DNA of 64,000 nt, from positions 23,872,001 to 23,936,000 of the forward strand of contig CM059432.1 of the NCBI GenBank assembly GCA_030390025.1, written 5' to 3'. Made by a program: the position numbers and the translations under genes. Shown here piece after piece: positions 12,456 through 26,153 of the stretch; the stretch's first letter is position 1, and the number at the start of each line of letters is the position of its first letter. The notes under the pieces were generated by a model, which had not been told where the DNA came from, made no database searches, and worked only from the letters and a program-made list of their open reading frames with translations. This stretch comes from Squalus acanthias. Its lineage: Eukaryota.

Positions 12456-14535
12456 AAATATCCAGTACTGGAGCATTCCTGAGAGTGGTCCTGAGCAAGT
12501 TATTGTTTGGGAATGTGGCCTTTGACAAAAAGCTTGCAAAATAAAATTGCTGTCCAAATTACTATTGCGAACATAAGTCAATATGAAAGATTTGCAATAT
12601 TTATGTGATTTAAAGAGATCGATGTTGTTGGCAGCTGTGTTTATTAATGAGCATATGTGCAAATATTAAGTAGGTTCTCATAAAGTACGAACATCTGTCA
12701 AAAATACTGAAACAGATGTTCTTGCAAGTCATCGTGCCGCTGTAAATGTTGCGGTGAAGGTTTTATTAACTGCTGTGCAGCAAGAAGTAATGTAATCTGC
12801 AAGACAAAGCTCATTACTGCTGATAACAAAGTCACAAAGAGTCCTATTTTGAAATATGTGGCATGTGAAATCATCTGAAGTTCTGTCACGAATCTGAGAA
12901 CAGCCTGTCTGAGCTTTTCCAGACGTGTGCATGGTGTGGACGAACATACAGTCTCAATTTTCTCAGAGCACCTGGCAATTTGAACTCAGCATTCACTTAT
13001 TGATTTGCTCTCTGTTAGATGAATGAGGACCAACAGAGGCTTTTAAAAAAAAATAAATGTTATTTACAAACTTTCATCATGATCAAAATAAAAATTCAAA
13101 CAGTTGAAAGTTAAAGCATATGAAAGGCTTCCATTTATCCAGCAGCTTATCACTGCTCGCAGAAACATCTCAAAGAACATCACTAACAATGCATTACTTT
13201 GAAGAGCAGAGCTGGTTTTGTCGGCGGACCCAGCAGCCATTTTGGACACCGCCAGATTCCCCAACCAATAACGAGCGATCTATTTCTGATGGTGTTGACG
13301 AAGGAGGAACCTTGACCACACCAGTAGGACTGCCAGCTCGACTGTGATTGGCTGGAGTTGGAGGTGGTTTTCAGCTAATCAGGATGATGTTTTTCCCCAT
13401 TTGAGTCCCTCCTCCAAAGTGGACAGTAGGCCGGGGGAACCAGAAAAAAATAAAACAAGTAGGATATTTTTCAAATTCAAAAAATAGATATGATATAGAA
13501 TGGTTATAATAGGGAGTGTGAATTATAAATGAGGTAAAAGAAAAGAAAAGTAGAAAAGAGAGAATGGGAAAAAGGGAAACTGGATGAGCAGAAGTGCAGT
13601 GTTTAAGATTTTTATGAGTTTGTTTTAGTGCTGAAGGGTGACTATTACAATAAAAATTAAAAATGATAGCCTTCCATTGAATCAGATAGTTAAATTTTTC
13701 AATTGCTCTGCTTTTTCTCTTTGCCACCCAGTAACAACTAAGCTCTTTCCACATATCGGTAAGCCTTAAAGCAGGAAAGTGTGTGGTAGTTGGTTGAGGA
13801 CACGATTAGACTCAGCCTTGATGCCCCCACAGTCAAACAGCCTTCTGACACTCACTGTCTAGGCTCACATATGAAGAATGGACATGCGCACGAGGTGCCT
13901 GAAAGTTGCTGGTCGTATCAGTTGTTGATAGTTGAATTATTACTTTAATGGTAGTGCTTGTTTCAGTGTTCATGTACAAGCTGAAAATAAAAAAAATGGC
14001 TTGCTCAGGGAGCCTGGAATTTTCATAGATCCATAAAGATTAAAAATAATGATTTGCTTTTTTTTTTCTTCAGAGGTGTATTTAAACATTGTGTTAATGA
14101 CATCCTGGGGAGTAGCTTGAGTACTGAGCTCGATGAAATTCTTCCCTTTTATTTCCATAGGCTGTCGTAGTCCTAAGTGAAATGAATTTTGGGCAGGTTG
14201 AACTCAATTCCCAGCGTCTGCAAGCCTACGACAAAAAGCTAACCATTATTACGCACTGAGTGGCACTAAATTGACAGCCTCCTTTGTAGAGGCCATAAAG
14301 GTGCCTGGTGTAGACAGTTCAAAGAGCACAAATACAAAAGTCACAAAAATGTCGTTATAGAAGATGCACACTGTCCAAAACAATAGGGAGCTAAATGTCG
14401 CATTGAGTAGGAAGTCACTACTTCCAACTGATTTGTGAAAGAAATAGAGTCTATGACTCGGCCAGCCATGCAACACGACAATTGCAAGGTTGAAAAATAG
14501 AGACATTTATTATATTACACATGTCATGACATATA

Positions 14536-15241
14536 GGGGGCAAAATTCAGTTACCCCCTGTTTGGGTGCAGTAATCGAATTAGCGCCAGACATTTAGCGC
14601 ACGGGACGGGAATACGGCCCCGGCTGCTAAATTGGGCTTACCTCCCCGGCGAGGAAGCGGAGCGCTATCTCGGGCACTCCACTTCCTCTCGGGGCGCTAC
14701 GCGGCTGCTCCGTCTAGCGCTGACGCGTTTCAGCGCCGCTCCCCTTCTGTCAAAGGGGAGGGCCGCTGTGCACTCTGCAGGGCCAACGATGGCCCACACT
14801 CGCCCATCAGGGCGGTGTGGTGCCGTGGCCGCAGCCCGGCACTGAGACATGGTGCCGGACGGCAGGATAGAGGCCACGGACCACGCCAAGCGCCGCCAAG
14901 AGGGGCCGACCTAGAGGACGCAGCCGAACCACCCCTTTAATTAGCGCCCCGCCAGCGGTGTGTGGCCTGGTTCGCGACCTGCGAGGCTGTCGCTGACATC
15001 GCCCGTGGCAGCCGACTTTCTCCCGCGGGGCGCTAAAGGGCCGCGGCGGGGCGCTAATGTGTCGCGTTGCCAGCGGTCCAGGGCACTTCCGGTGGGGGCA
15101 AGGCGCTATCGGCTAGCGCCTCAGTAGCGCCCCGCCGAATTTCTCGGCAGACGCCCCCGCCCGGGCGATAAACCCTTTGCGCCCCGTTAGCGCCCCCCGG
15201 AGGCGCTAACAGCGGGCGCAAAGGAGGTGAATTTCACCCCC
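14536..15241. mobile_element. Non-autonomous Harbinger-like element (GGGGG-AAATT TIR family)
   Basis: TIR GGGGGCAAAATTCA / rc GGGGGTGAAATTCA; ATA duplication (14533-14535, 15242-15244); right subterminal region matches the reverse complement of the left end of 879-1652; CpG-rich. Confidence 0.8.
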
Positions 15242-16008
15242 ATACTCTTTTTGTAATGCTTGTAGTGGTTTCTTTGAAAAAATAATATTTTTTGCCCTTT
15301 GTAAACCAGTTGAAGCAGTGATGTCATTCCAGAGGATACATACATTATATCATTTCTTTTTCCTTCCAATTTTCTCCCCTCCTCTCCTGAAAATGCTGAC
15401 ATGATTAAGATCAGTTCCAGAGGCACCAGCCCACCCATAGGTACCTCATAGTGGCCCATTCTTCATCTGTGAACTTAGACAATGATTGTCAGCGAGCTGT
15501 TTGACTAATGGTGGGGAGTCATGTGGGAGCTGCCACAACCAAACCTGATTCTCCTCATCTAACATCCATGCACACTTACTGTCCAACAGGAGTCACTGGA
15601 TGGTGATCAGCTCAGGTGCACTGAAGCTAATCATGACTGTTGACCCGGCTAAGATCAGCTAACTCTTCGCAAAGTAATGATTAAACCTGAGACATTCCTG
15701 GTCTGTATGATTCAATACCACACTGACTGAGAATTTGGACTTTTTATTTTTGAGTATCACTAGACAATTTTGGTGTCCGTTGGAATAACCAGGACACGTT
15801 TTGTCTATCAGTTGTAGGGTGGAATTTGGCACTGGTATCGATGTTATGATTTGCAACCAGCAAAAGAAGCTGAACTAGTTTATTCTGGTATTTTCTGTAT
15901 TTCCCACAAATCAAATGAATGAATGAAAATGCCCAGATTTCAGTCTCCACTCCGCTAAGTTCACAGCTCCAGCTCAGTTGCTTTGAAGGGCCTTATCTCC
16001 ACAACACT

Positions 16009-16029
16009 CCCCCCCCCCCCCCCCCCCCC
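16009..16029. repeat. Poly-C tract (21 nt)
   Basis: Seen directly. Confidence 0.9.
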
Positions 16030-16136
16030 AACCCACTGTGGACAGGTGTAGGGGGTGGGGCGGTGCAGGGCGGAAGAAAACATGGGCCTCTGAGTGGATG
16101 TTGTCATTAGCCTCCCAGCAATCAGCTGAAGAATAG

Positions 16137-16466
<330 letters not shown>

Positions 16467-17371
16467 TAGTTGATACAACTTTTTTTTTTTAAATTGAGAA
16501 ACCTACATGAAGGGTCAAGACCTATGTTTCAGGGCACCAGCGCGGTTGCAAAGGTTAGGAGAGATAGTGATTAGGTGACACCCAGACTGGGTTTTAAAAG
16601 CCTTTAGATTGCCGGAGAGAAGGAAGGACTGCCACAGGTCTGAAGGAATGACTCAGACTGGATCATGATCACCTCTTCGCCAGCTCACTGGCATCTCAAT
16701 ATAGTGCCAATCCAATTGCCACCTTAGATAATAGGACAGCTGTTGTTTCTCTCAATTTCCCCTCTTGTGACGCTATTTGGAGCTTAAGTGAAACACTATC
16801 TCCCATCGTAAATCATTACCAGGACATCAAAACTATGGAGCTCATTATCCCTGACAGTTTTCCCTTCCTTGCACAATCCACAGGCTTTTAAACCACAAGT
16901 GTGGTATCAGCTAGCTACTCTGTCCTGGTTTAGCTTATCTTCTTTCCTATTCAGCTTAACTTTACTGGTTTCCTGTACTATATATGCTTTGGCCCTTCAC
17001 CTTGGTTTCTCAGTAAATAAAATCCGTGATAACCGTTGCATGGGGAGGGAAATGAATGAGAAAAAGCCCACATTCAACTAGTTCCCATAGGAAACAGCAG
17101 AGCCAACCAATAGGAAGTGTTGCACCAAAACGGCTATTTCAGGAAAAATAAACGAAACATTTATTAAATGGTAAAAAATATTCCAGGAATGTGAACTCTG
17201 AACAACAGTGATGAAGTTCTAATTAACATATTGTAAAGACAATGGCTTACAGACCTGAGGGAAGGGAATGCTTCCATCTTTACCTAGTAAGACCATCAAG
17301 CGCTCTCTGCCTGGTTTGTGTTTGTTAGCTGGGCATTGCGCTGATTCTATGCCGCCTCCTGGAATCTGCGG

Positions 17372-17662
17372 ATGTTCTCACTGGAAAAGAGAAGGTTGAG
17401 AGGTGATATGATCGCAGTTTTTAGGATTCTAAAGGGACTAGATAATGTAGACCATAACAAGCGATTTCACCTTGTACAGAACAGCAGAACCAAAGGGTAC
17501 AGCCTGAGGTCGAAGGGGATGAATTCAAAACTAATCTGCGGAAACGATATTTCAATGCGCGAGTGGTCAACTATGGAAAAGCCGCCCGAGGGAGACAGTC
17601 GAAGCAGTTAGTATTAATTCATTCAAATGCAAGTTAGATAGATTTCTTTCAGAAAATACAAT
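17372..17662 (+). mobile_element. CR1 LINE 3' fragment, interrupted by the MITE at 17663; probably continues 18318-18580
   Basis: FSLEKRRLRGDMIAVFRILKGLDNVD..SRTKGYSL is a CR1 ORF2 C-terminus. Confidence 0.8.
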
Positions 17663-18317
17663 GGCCCAGAAATTCCGTTCGCAGCCCTCCCGCGGGCGGA
17701 GGGCTGTGATTTGGAAAAATCTCCGCCTGGACCGGAGGGCTCCCGGGAGGCACAGAATTCCGTTGCTGTGCCTCTTCAATCTGCCGGTGCGCAGTGCTCA
17801 CGTATCCCAGGGGTGCAGCTAGTTCGCAGCGTCCCCTGTGATCACGTGGGCCATGGGGAGCCAATCAGAGCAGGGAATCTCCATTCATAGATTTGACAGG
17901 AAGACCTGTCAAATCTCTGAATAGAAATCAGCCCCAAAACATAAGTAAAACTTCAAAGAATTTTTTTTTTTTAAACTTAACTTTCTTTAAAGTATTTTAA
18001 AATGATAAATCAGTGGAATTTTTTTTTTTTACTTTCTTAAACTATTAGCCTGCTAAAAGCAGGCCTTGCGCCCGCTTTTCTAGGCACAGCTGTTCCCGAC
18101 TTACCTGGACTCAAGCCAGTGTGGAAAAAACCGGAAGTTTCTAACGTACGCGCTGCCTATCCGGCGCAGGCGTTTGACCTGGGAAGCCCTTTCTGCAGAG
18201 AACGGAAGTGCCGGTTTCCAGCGCTTGCGCAGTGCAGGCGTAAAACCGGCACTTCCGTTGGCCCTACAGGTGAGTACACAGCGCGTAAACACCCGTAGGG
18301 AACGGAATTTCTAGGCC
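17663..18317. mobile_element. Non-autonomous Harbinger-like element (GGCC TIR family), copy 2
   Basis: TIR GGCCCAGAAATTCCGTTC / rc GGCCTAGAAATTCCGTTC; flanks AAT/GAT; colinear with 2970-3737. Confidence 0.82.
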
Positions 18318-19114
18318 GATCAAATGAGCAATTTGAGACATGATGTGTAAGTGTAGCATGCTCGGAATGAACAGGAGACTTTGGACCTATGGTTACCAAA
18401 GTTCTCCACCACTGGGGTTTTCCTTGCATCATGTCTGTGTCTGTTGTAGACTAATTGATAGAAATTGATTTCTATGACTAGTCAACCACTCCATTACTGT
18501 ATCATGCAACTACCAGCATGGTAGAGGGTGAACGAGATGGACCTTTGTCATTTTTCGTCTAACAATTCCTCTGTTCCTACAATCCACCAGTATTGCAAAT
18601 TTGATCCATTAAGCTGATTTGATAGTTTTGGAATATTACCCTTCCAGAGCGTATAAGAACAACTGTCGCCATCTATTATACTTTAGTAAGGCATTCTTGG
18701 AGTGGATTGGTTTTGGCAACTTAATGGTGATTGTCACAAAAAGTGGAAGGAAACATGATGCAAGCAATATGTTGCTGTGTCATCAACTTGAAGGGCACAG
18801 GTTGGTGGCTGTAATTTCTGTACATAGCGAAGTCCTTGCTTCAGACCTTCAACCATAGGATCAGAGTGAAGGTAATGTGCTTCCCACAGAGAAGATGGAG
18901 AAATTGGAGGGTGAGACAACCCTTGGTATTTTTTGCACAGTTCCTTCCTCAAGATTGGCATCACCAAAAGAGATTAAGTAGCAAACAGAAGGATGTAAGG
19001 GTCCCAACTGAAATAGGTATGGGCTGTCTCAATCCAGTTTGTAGTTATCAAGGGCCAACACCGGCAAACAGCACTTGATTTGCCAATAAATTGGAACTCT
19101 AACTGACAGACATT

Positions 19115-19800
19115 ATGGCCCCAATATTGGTGGTGAGGGAGCGGGGATGCCTGTCAGCGGCCAGGAAACCCAGAAGTACCGGGAAGGCGGAATTTGTATA
19201 CTCCATTTCCCACCTGGCAGCCGCTCAGATTGAAAGGCTGGCCGGCTGTCGGGTGGGAAAGCCTGTGCTACAAGGCAGCCGTCGGGGACCGCTGGCGATG
19301 GTCCCCAGCAATTGAGAGGATCATTGTCGGTGGGAGGGCTTCAGAGCGTGGCGGAGAGGGAGAGATGGTGGGGTGAGTGGAGGGGGGTGGAGAGATCGCA
19401 GGGGAGGGGGTGAAACAACGGGGCGGGGAGAGAGATCAGAGATCGCGGCAGCTTTGCTTGACAGGCCAGGGGAAGCACTCCTGCTCCTCCTGGCCCACAA
19501 GCAGTGCTGGAGGAACACTTATCCGCTGCAGCCGGCAGCTCCAGTCTCCTTTTAGCTGCGGGAAACCCGGCCCGCAGCCGTTAAATTTATATGGCACACA
19601 AAATCTGAGGCACGCAGCCTCATTAACATATCTTCACTGACTTGCCTCTCCAGAGCGGGTTACTCGGCTGACAACAAACCCACCGCGGTTAAACCGGAAG
19701 TAGGTGCATTTGCGGCGAGTTGGGGTCGGGTTTCACATTTTTACCAATTCCACCCCCGCCCGACCCTCTCCCGCCTCTCATGGGGGGTTAAAATGATACC
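19115..19800. mobile_element. Probable Harbinger-type MITE, diverged termini
   Basis: GC-rich block with CCCG/CGGG motifs ending GGGGGGTTAAAATGATACC, similar to 1-232; TIR and TSD not clean. Confidence 0.45.
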
Positions 19801-20060
19801 TTCTAACGTTGTCTGGTTTGGCAATTGGAAAATATCACACTGGTGCAGTTGGGACTAAGGCACAGAATTGCTTTGCCTGTCTTGGGCCCTGGATTTGGAA
19901 AACTTTCCATTCCTAACATCCCTCGCCTTGCAGAGAGCAAAATTCATACTTTTTTTAAATGGGGTATTTATTGACTGTATAAGATATTGAGGGGATCAGA
20001 AGTACAGTCAGGAAGGAAATAAATATATACATTTGAAATGTCAACTTCTGCTGTGAATAA

Positions 20061-20309
<249 letters not shown>

Positions 20310-21335
20310 CACCCCCTCGCTCATCCCCTCACTCACGGCACCCCAAAGTGTTTTTGTGACAACGTTTCCAGGTGCTTTCTTGTAGGAAAGCACTGACCGA
20401 GTCGGTGTTGATTCTTTATTACATATATCCATATATTAACCCGTGCGATCAACATGATTGTATTGTAAATAGGACTAAAAACAAATTTACATTTCAGATT
20501 AAATCTATCTAAAAATGCTTTCCTGCCTTAAATACACAGAGAAATTGAGAAAAGGCTTTCTATGAAAAACAACTTGAGTAGGCGATTCTGATTTATCTTT
20601 TTATTTATTGTTTAACTGTCACGTGTCTGTCTCCACATGGAAAAGAACAGATGTTGATTCCTCCCCTGTGAAATGAACACGGCACGGCAGTGGTTTCTGA
20701 GACAAACAAAATGGAATGTACGCCATCTAATACACGCGTGCCCGCCCCGTGTCAGTTTAAGCCCGCGCTCCCCCACTGCAGCCTATTTTGTCACATTTGC
20801 GTGCTCTGATGAGAGCCATTTCATGCAGTGACGAGAGACATGCAGAATGGTGGGTGAAGCAGAAGAATCACGTGTGAGCAGGCTTATTGTAGGGTTTGGG
20901 TGACATCAAGTAGTTTGAAAACATTACCTAAAGTCCCACGATGAGGTTAGAAAATCAATCACTCCCATGTAACTGTTATTTCTTATAATAGTTAGTGCAA
21001 AGGTCACAGCAGGATTTTTTTGTTTCGTTTTGGATTAATTTTATTTGTATCCTGGCAGACACTGACACTTGTAGCCAATCTTGGCCACATTGAGTGATTC
21101 GAGATTAGAACAAAATTTTAAATAGTTGTGTGCTCATCATGGTGAAGAATATTAGTACTGGGGAATGGAATCTAATTTTACTATGGGCACCAAGTTTCAG
21201 CGTGAAGTGTTCACAGGTAAGGTAATAGCGTTGGTTTAGATGCAGAATGGTGGCCAACGCTGTATTTTGAGGGAGGTAGGGAAAAGAACTTACTTGAGAT
21301 TTTTACTTCCCACCCGACCCAAAGCACCCGTTTCC

Positions 21336-21453
21336 CCCCACTCTCTCTCACCACACCCACACATACTCTCTCTCACACAGACACGCTCACACACCCTCTC
21401 ACTCACACTCACGCTCACACACTCTCTCACTCACGCACACACACAAACACACA
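21336..21453. repeat. Compound (CA)/(CT) microsatellite
   Basis: Seen directly. Confidence 0.85.
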
Positions 21454-22416
21454 TCAGTCGAGATCAACTGACTTTTCAAAGACCAGTTATTGAACATGGG
21501 GCCCGTTGTCCTGTTTGGTTCCGTTACATGCTGGCTTTACCAATTGGGCCATTGAGGAAGCTCAGAATCTTGGAGAATGTTATGACCTTAGTGGAATTAT
21601 GATGTCATCCAAAATACAATAAGTGTGCTACAGCCTTGTAAGGCACTCCCAGCCCTCTGTTAGTCTCTGTGTGAACTGCCACAAGGGGACAGGAATCAAA
21701 GAATTACTCTGAAATGTTGGTAGGGAATTGATTTTAGTATTAGGATTTGGTTTAATTATGTTGTGTTTGGGAGCTCCTCCTGTTAACTGTAAATGTGCCA
21801 TATCCTAATTCAGTGTGTTATTTGTTATTAAATATTCCCGTATCATGTTAGTGTACTGTAAGGGCCTCTATGTACCGTTTATCTTTCCATAATCACTAAT
21901 ATTTACATAGTGTGGTATCCTAATCCTGACAGTATTTGGGATTGTACATGTAAGAATGTAAAATCCAGTTTATAAATCGCACCTTCAAGTGTGTTCTTTA
22001 TTGAAATGACAGGGTAAAAATAAAATGAGGAAATAATTTATACACTGGTACGGTCTGTTACCTAGATGTTAGTTACTATGAATATGGGCCTATTATATTT
22101 GTGCAATATGAGTCTGTGGTTAACTGATGCTTACAACTGACATTTCAAAGTAGCATCCAGCTGAGTTTCTTTGGGTTAATCAAAATACGTAAGTATTTTT
22201 CTACTTACAAAGCAAGGTTGTGTGCCGTGACATTTTTGCCTGTTGTCTGCCCCCCATCCCTTCCCAGCATATCCAATCCCACTTCTTCTGCTTCATTTCA
22301 AAGACAAGGCAAATAAGCTCAGAAGAAACCCCATAAATCCTGGAAATCTGAAATGAAACAGAAACTGCGGAAGATAACACAACCGGTCGATCAGCATCTG
22401 AAAGAGAAACTGTAAC

Positions 22417-22587
22417 GGGGTAGATTTTCGTCTTCACAGCCTGGGCGCTAATCTGTCAGAGCGGATAGATCACCCATTACAAAACCCATCCGTAATCAAC
22501 GGAATGAAAATCGGATGGATTCTAATATGGATGGGAAATCCACTCCGCCAGATTACCACCCATGATATGAAGAGAAAAGTTTACCCC
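22417..22587. mobile_element. Short fold-back MITE inserted into a degraded Penelope 3' end (~22325-22620)
   Basis: TIR GGGGTAGATTTT / AAAGTTTACCCC; flanks AAC/AAT; imperfect palindrome along its length. Confidence 0.7.
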
Positions 22588-23312
22588 AATATTTCTGGTA
22601 CAAAACTCCTTCTGAACTGTTTTTTTCCTTTCTAATCAACTTGCTGTTTTGAACTAATGAGTTGTTAGCTCCTTCATGTCTTTCAGCACAAGATTTGCTT
22701 TTACCATATTTCTATGATTAGCTTTATGTCATTTCTACTCCTTTTAGACCATATGTTGCCATCCACCCTTCTTCCTGAAAAAACATTTCCTTTTGATAAT
22801 TTTACATTCCCTAGTTTCCATTGTTCCTGTCTAGGGCGAGCAATCTCCATGTGAAGTTCAATCTCTTTTACTGTTTAGTCAAGTGCCAGTCACACTGGAC
22901 CCCAGTATGCAATGCAGAAACTCCAAATGCAAGAACCTAGTTGCCCGTTATTTAATAAAACCAACCCCCTTAACTGGACGACATATTCTTAGATCACATT
23001 TATGAAACTGATGTAGGCAAGCTGCGTGTCTCCTATCGGCTGCATTCCTGCAATATAAAAGCCCCTTATGAAGTGATTAAACTCTTTCTATGGTGGCTGG
23101 TATCATTGAGACTCAGGCTTTATGGCAATGTCACAGAAAGCTGCCTGATCAATAGTGTACAAGTTAGAGTTGTGTCATATGTGCTCCTTTTTAAATATCA
23201 AACCATTATGAAATTTTACTTCCTTTTTTATCAGTCAATTTCTATTGATTTTTGTGTAAAAAAAAAAATTATGACTGCTAATGACATCATCAGGCAGAAC
23301 TATCTGAGGAGC

Positions 23313-23451
23313 ATTACTGAGCCCAACTGTGTGAGGGAGTTCAATTAGTTGAGGTACAGTTGACATGACAAGGTCATTGAGGCATTGTTGGGTAATGGAC
23401 TGTATCTGTTGTCATCCTAAATCAGTTCTTGGCACAGTTGGGCTCAGTAAT
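23313..23451. repeat. Inverted repeat, 19-bp perfect arms
   Basis: ATTACTGAGCCCAACTGTG (23313-23331) / CACAGTTGGGCTCAGTAAT (23433-23451). Confidence 0.9.
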
Positions 23452-25365
23452 AGCTCTACTCCAGCATCATCCTCTCGATAATGTCTTGGAAAATGTTTGA
23501 TTTCCCATATGGCCAGATCAACCCTGCTCCTGCCACATTTATAACAAGTTGTGCAGCAGGGGCTTGAGTATATACATGAAGGCACTCGCAAAAATAGAAT
23601 ATGTGGGGAGCTCCAGCCTGCCCTGTTTTATTTTAGATAATGCCATGATCGCCAAAAACTTTATTTATTAACAAGTGTGTTGGACTAACAAATTTCAAGA
23701 TGGCTGCTCAGGTACACATGCACATTACACTACTGCTTTTATTACTACAATAGAAATAATAAGCAGCCTTAATGCACTCTTAGTTTAAACAGTTAATATT
23801 AGCATTAAATGCTTAATATCATGACCTTTTTCACAGTTCATTTCATTAAGCAGTTACAGATTGTTTCTTGCCACTCGTGACAATGTCATGCAGTGACATT
23901 TTGCTACAGGTCCATTTACAGCTTGAATTTGTATCAGCCTTGTCAGTTTAACAAGGAAATATGCACTTTACCGAAGCCAACTTGCTCCAGGTTCAGGTGC
24001 TGGATTTGAGTAAATCGAGTGATAAATGTGCTTCTCTGAACCAGTTCCAAATCGGTGGCCAGATAAATGAGCTTTACAGATATAATAAAAAGTTCTGCAT
24101 TAAACTAAGTGGACTGTGCTAGGTCAGAGTTGAAACTGTGATTAAGTTATCACCAGAACTGTATTCATTAAGTAGAAAAGAGCTTTCCATTTTAACCTCG
24201 CTAATTAAGGGTTCCACATCACATGGATGAATTAACTGGTTTTGTTATTCTATCCGTTTGCCTCTTTTTTTCTCCCACAGATTACACCATGTAGTCGAGG
24301 ACAGATATAATAGTCCAATCTCTCTCTCTCAGCCTTTGTCTTTCTGTACTTTAGCATTTGCACTATGGTCATTGTTTTTCTAAATTTTCTTTTCCTGTTT
24401 CTTCTAATCCTGCAATTCACCATTCTACATAGTCTCCACCCAGCTTCACTGTGTTCAAATCATTTTAAAAAAACTCCCAGCACCTCAAAACTGTGGAACC
24501 CCGCCTTGCTCAGTCTTCCTTCTCGCCTATAATTTTCAGGCTTCTAAAAATCAAAGCTTGGTGTTATCTAATCAGCTCTCCTTAACTTATCCTACTCTCT
24601 TCAACCTTGGTGACATTCTCCCCTGTAGATCTTGATCCATCACCTAGATTAGTCAATAAGATTTGTCGGTCTGGAATCGAGTCATAACTAGACCAAGTTA
24701 CGTAAAAGTACATAGGCAAACTGCAGTTAAAGAAAAAAAAACTCCCTAATTATGGAATCATACAGCACAGAAGGAGGCCATTCAGCCCATCGTGTCTGTG
24801 CCGGCTCTTTGAAAGAGCTATCCGATTAGTCCCACTCCCCTGCTCTTTCCCCATAGCCCTACAATTTACAAAGAGGAAATTCTTCAAATGCACAGCAGGT
24901 CAGTCAATACCTGAAAGATGGTAACATTTTGGGTGGGAACCTACACAAGGACATATGAAGGATGAACCTATTTTTATCTGTTTCAGATGCTGTTCAAGCC
25001 TTCCACCAGTTTCTGTTTTTCATTCAGATTTCCAATATTCACGTCTTCTTTTTTGATCCAGGGTTTACAGACATTCTCATGGTGCTGTGGCAAGCTTAGA
25101 GTGCTATCACTAGCAAAACGAAATAAACTTCCTGGACCCCACTTTTAATATTACAACCACAAGATGTAACAAATAATATCGCCAATCCATTAGCAACTCA
25201 TTGTATTTTCACATTCCATCTGAGTCAGCCCATGTACTCACACTTTAAATCTGCCCTGGTCCCAGACCCAGTGCTGAAAAGGTTGACTTTGTGGCAAGCA
25301 CACAAACCTACACAGACCATTTAACAGATATCGGATACAAGCAGGGTGGAACGCCTTCAGACTTT

Positions 25366-25488
25366 GTCCGGGAAGTTCCTCGGAGCTGCTGCCCGTCCAC
25401 CGGCATTACTTCGCTGGCGGAGTGGGAGCATGTAAACGGGTGAAGTAACGCCAGAGGAGTGGGAGCAGCAACCAAGAATTTCCCGACC
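25366..25488. mobile_element. Small degenerate fold-back MITE
   Basis: CGGGAAGTTC/GAATTTCCCG ends; inner pairs GCTGCT/AGCAGC and GGCATTACTTCGC/GTGAAGTAACGCC. Confidence 0.6.
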
Positions 25489-25681
25489 TTTATAATTATT
25501 CATGTAAATGAAAGCAGAAGTTTATTGTAGACATTGATGCTATTGCAAGATGGAAATCCTCTATTTATTTTGACTAAAACTGTGTACAGAACAGATAGTC
25601 ATCAGTGCCAATATGATTCTACTATTTTTCTACATTTGCTTTTGCATCATTCGTGGTGGCTTGTGTTCTGTGTACAAACTG

Positions 25682-25687
25682 AATAAA
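25682..25687 (+). terminator. Candidate polyadenylation signal
   Basis: AATAAA with upstream TGTA (25671) and downstream U/GU-rich sequence. Confidence 0.5.
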
Positions 25688-26153
25688 GTTCTTGACTTCC
25701 TTTATTTGAAGCTTGTGTAGTCTTTCAATGTAGCAGCATCAATCTAGACCTGGTGATAGTTACATAGCATGTTTTTTCTGCTGGATCTATCACCATTGGA
25801 CATCATGATGAATAACAACAGGTCTTCCACTTCTGGATAAATATTGCCCCTTCAATTTGCTTAATTGGAATTATATGTTAATTTGATTTTTTTTCCCCCT
25901 GTGCCTTCTTATTTAAATTGCTTAATTCCAATTCCTGGATAATTGTAGATGTTTTTAAGCAGAACAAAATGAGTTCAGGAGTTCTCCCAATGTCCAGGCC
26001 AACATTCCTCTCAACACCGCGAAACAGATTAGCTGATCATTCATCTCATGGCTGTTGGCGCAGGGTAGTTGCTCAGTTTACCTACAGAACAGTCACAGCC
26101 TTTCAAGAGTAACCCATTCTATGTAGCACCTTGAGCCATTTTCATTTTAACAT

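Larger units (their letters stand above)
20310..25710 (+). other. FAM135B: Putative long FAM135B 3' UTR
   Basis: Follows the stop codon; AT-rich with TGTA motifs; almost free of large young TEs until ~26 kb; candidate poly(A) signal at 25682. Confidence 0.5.
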
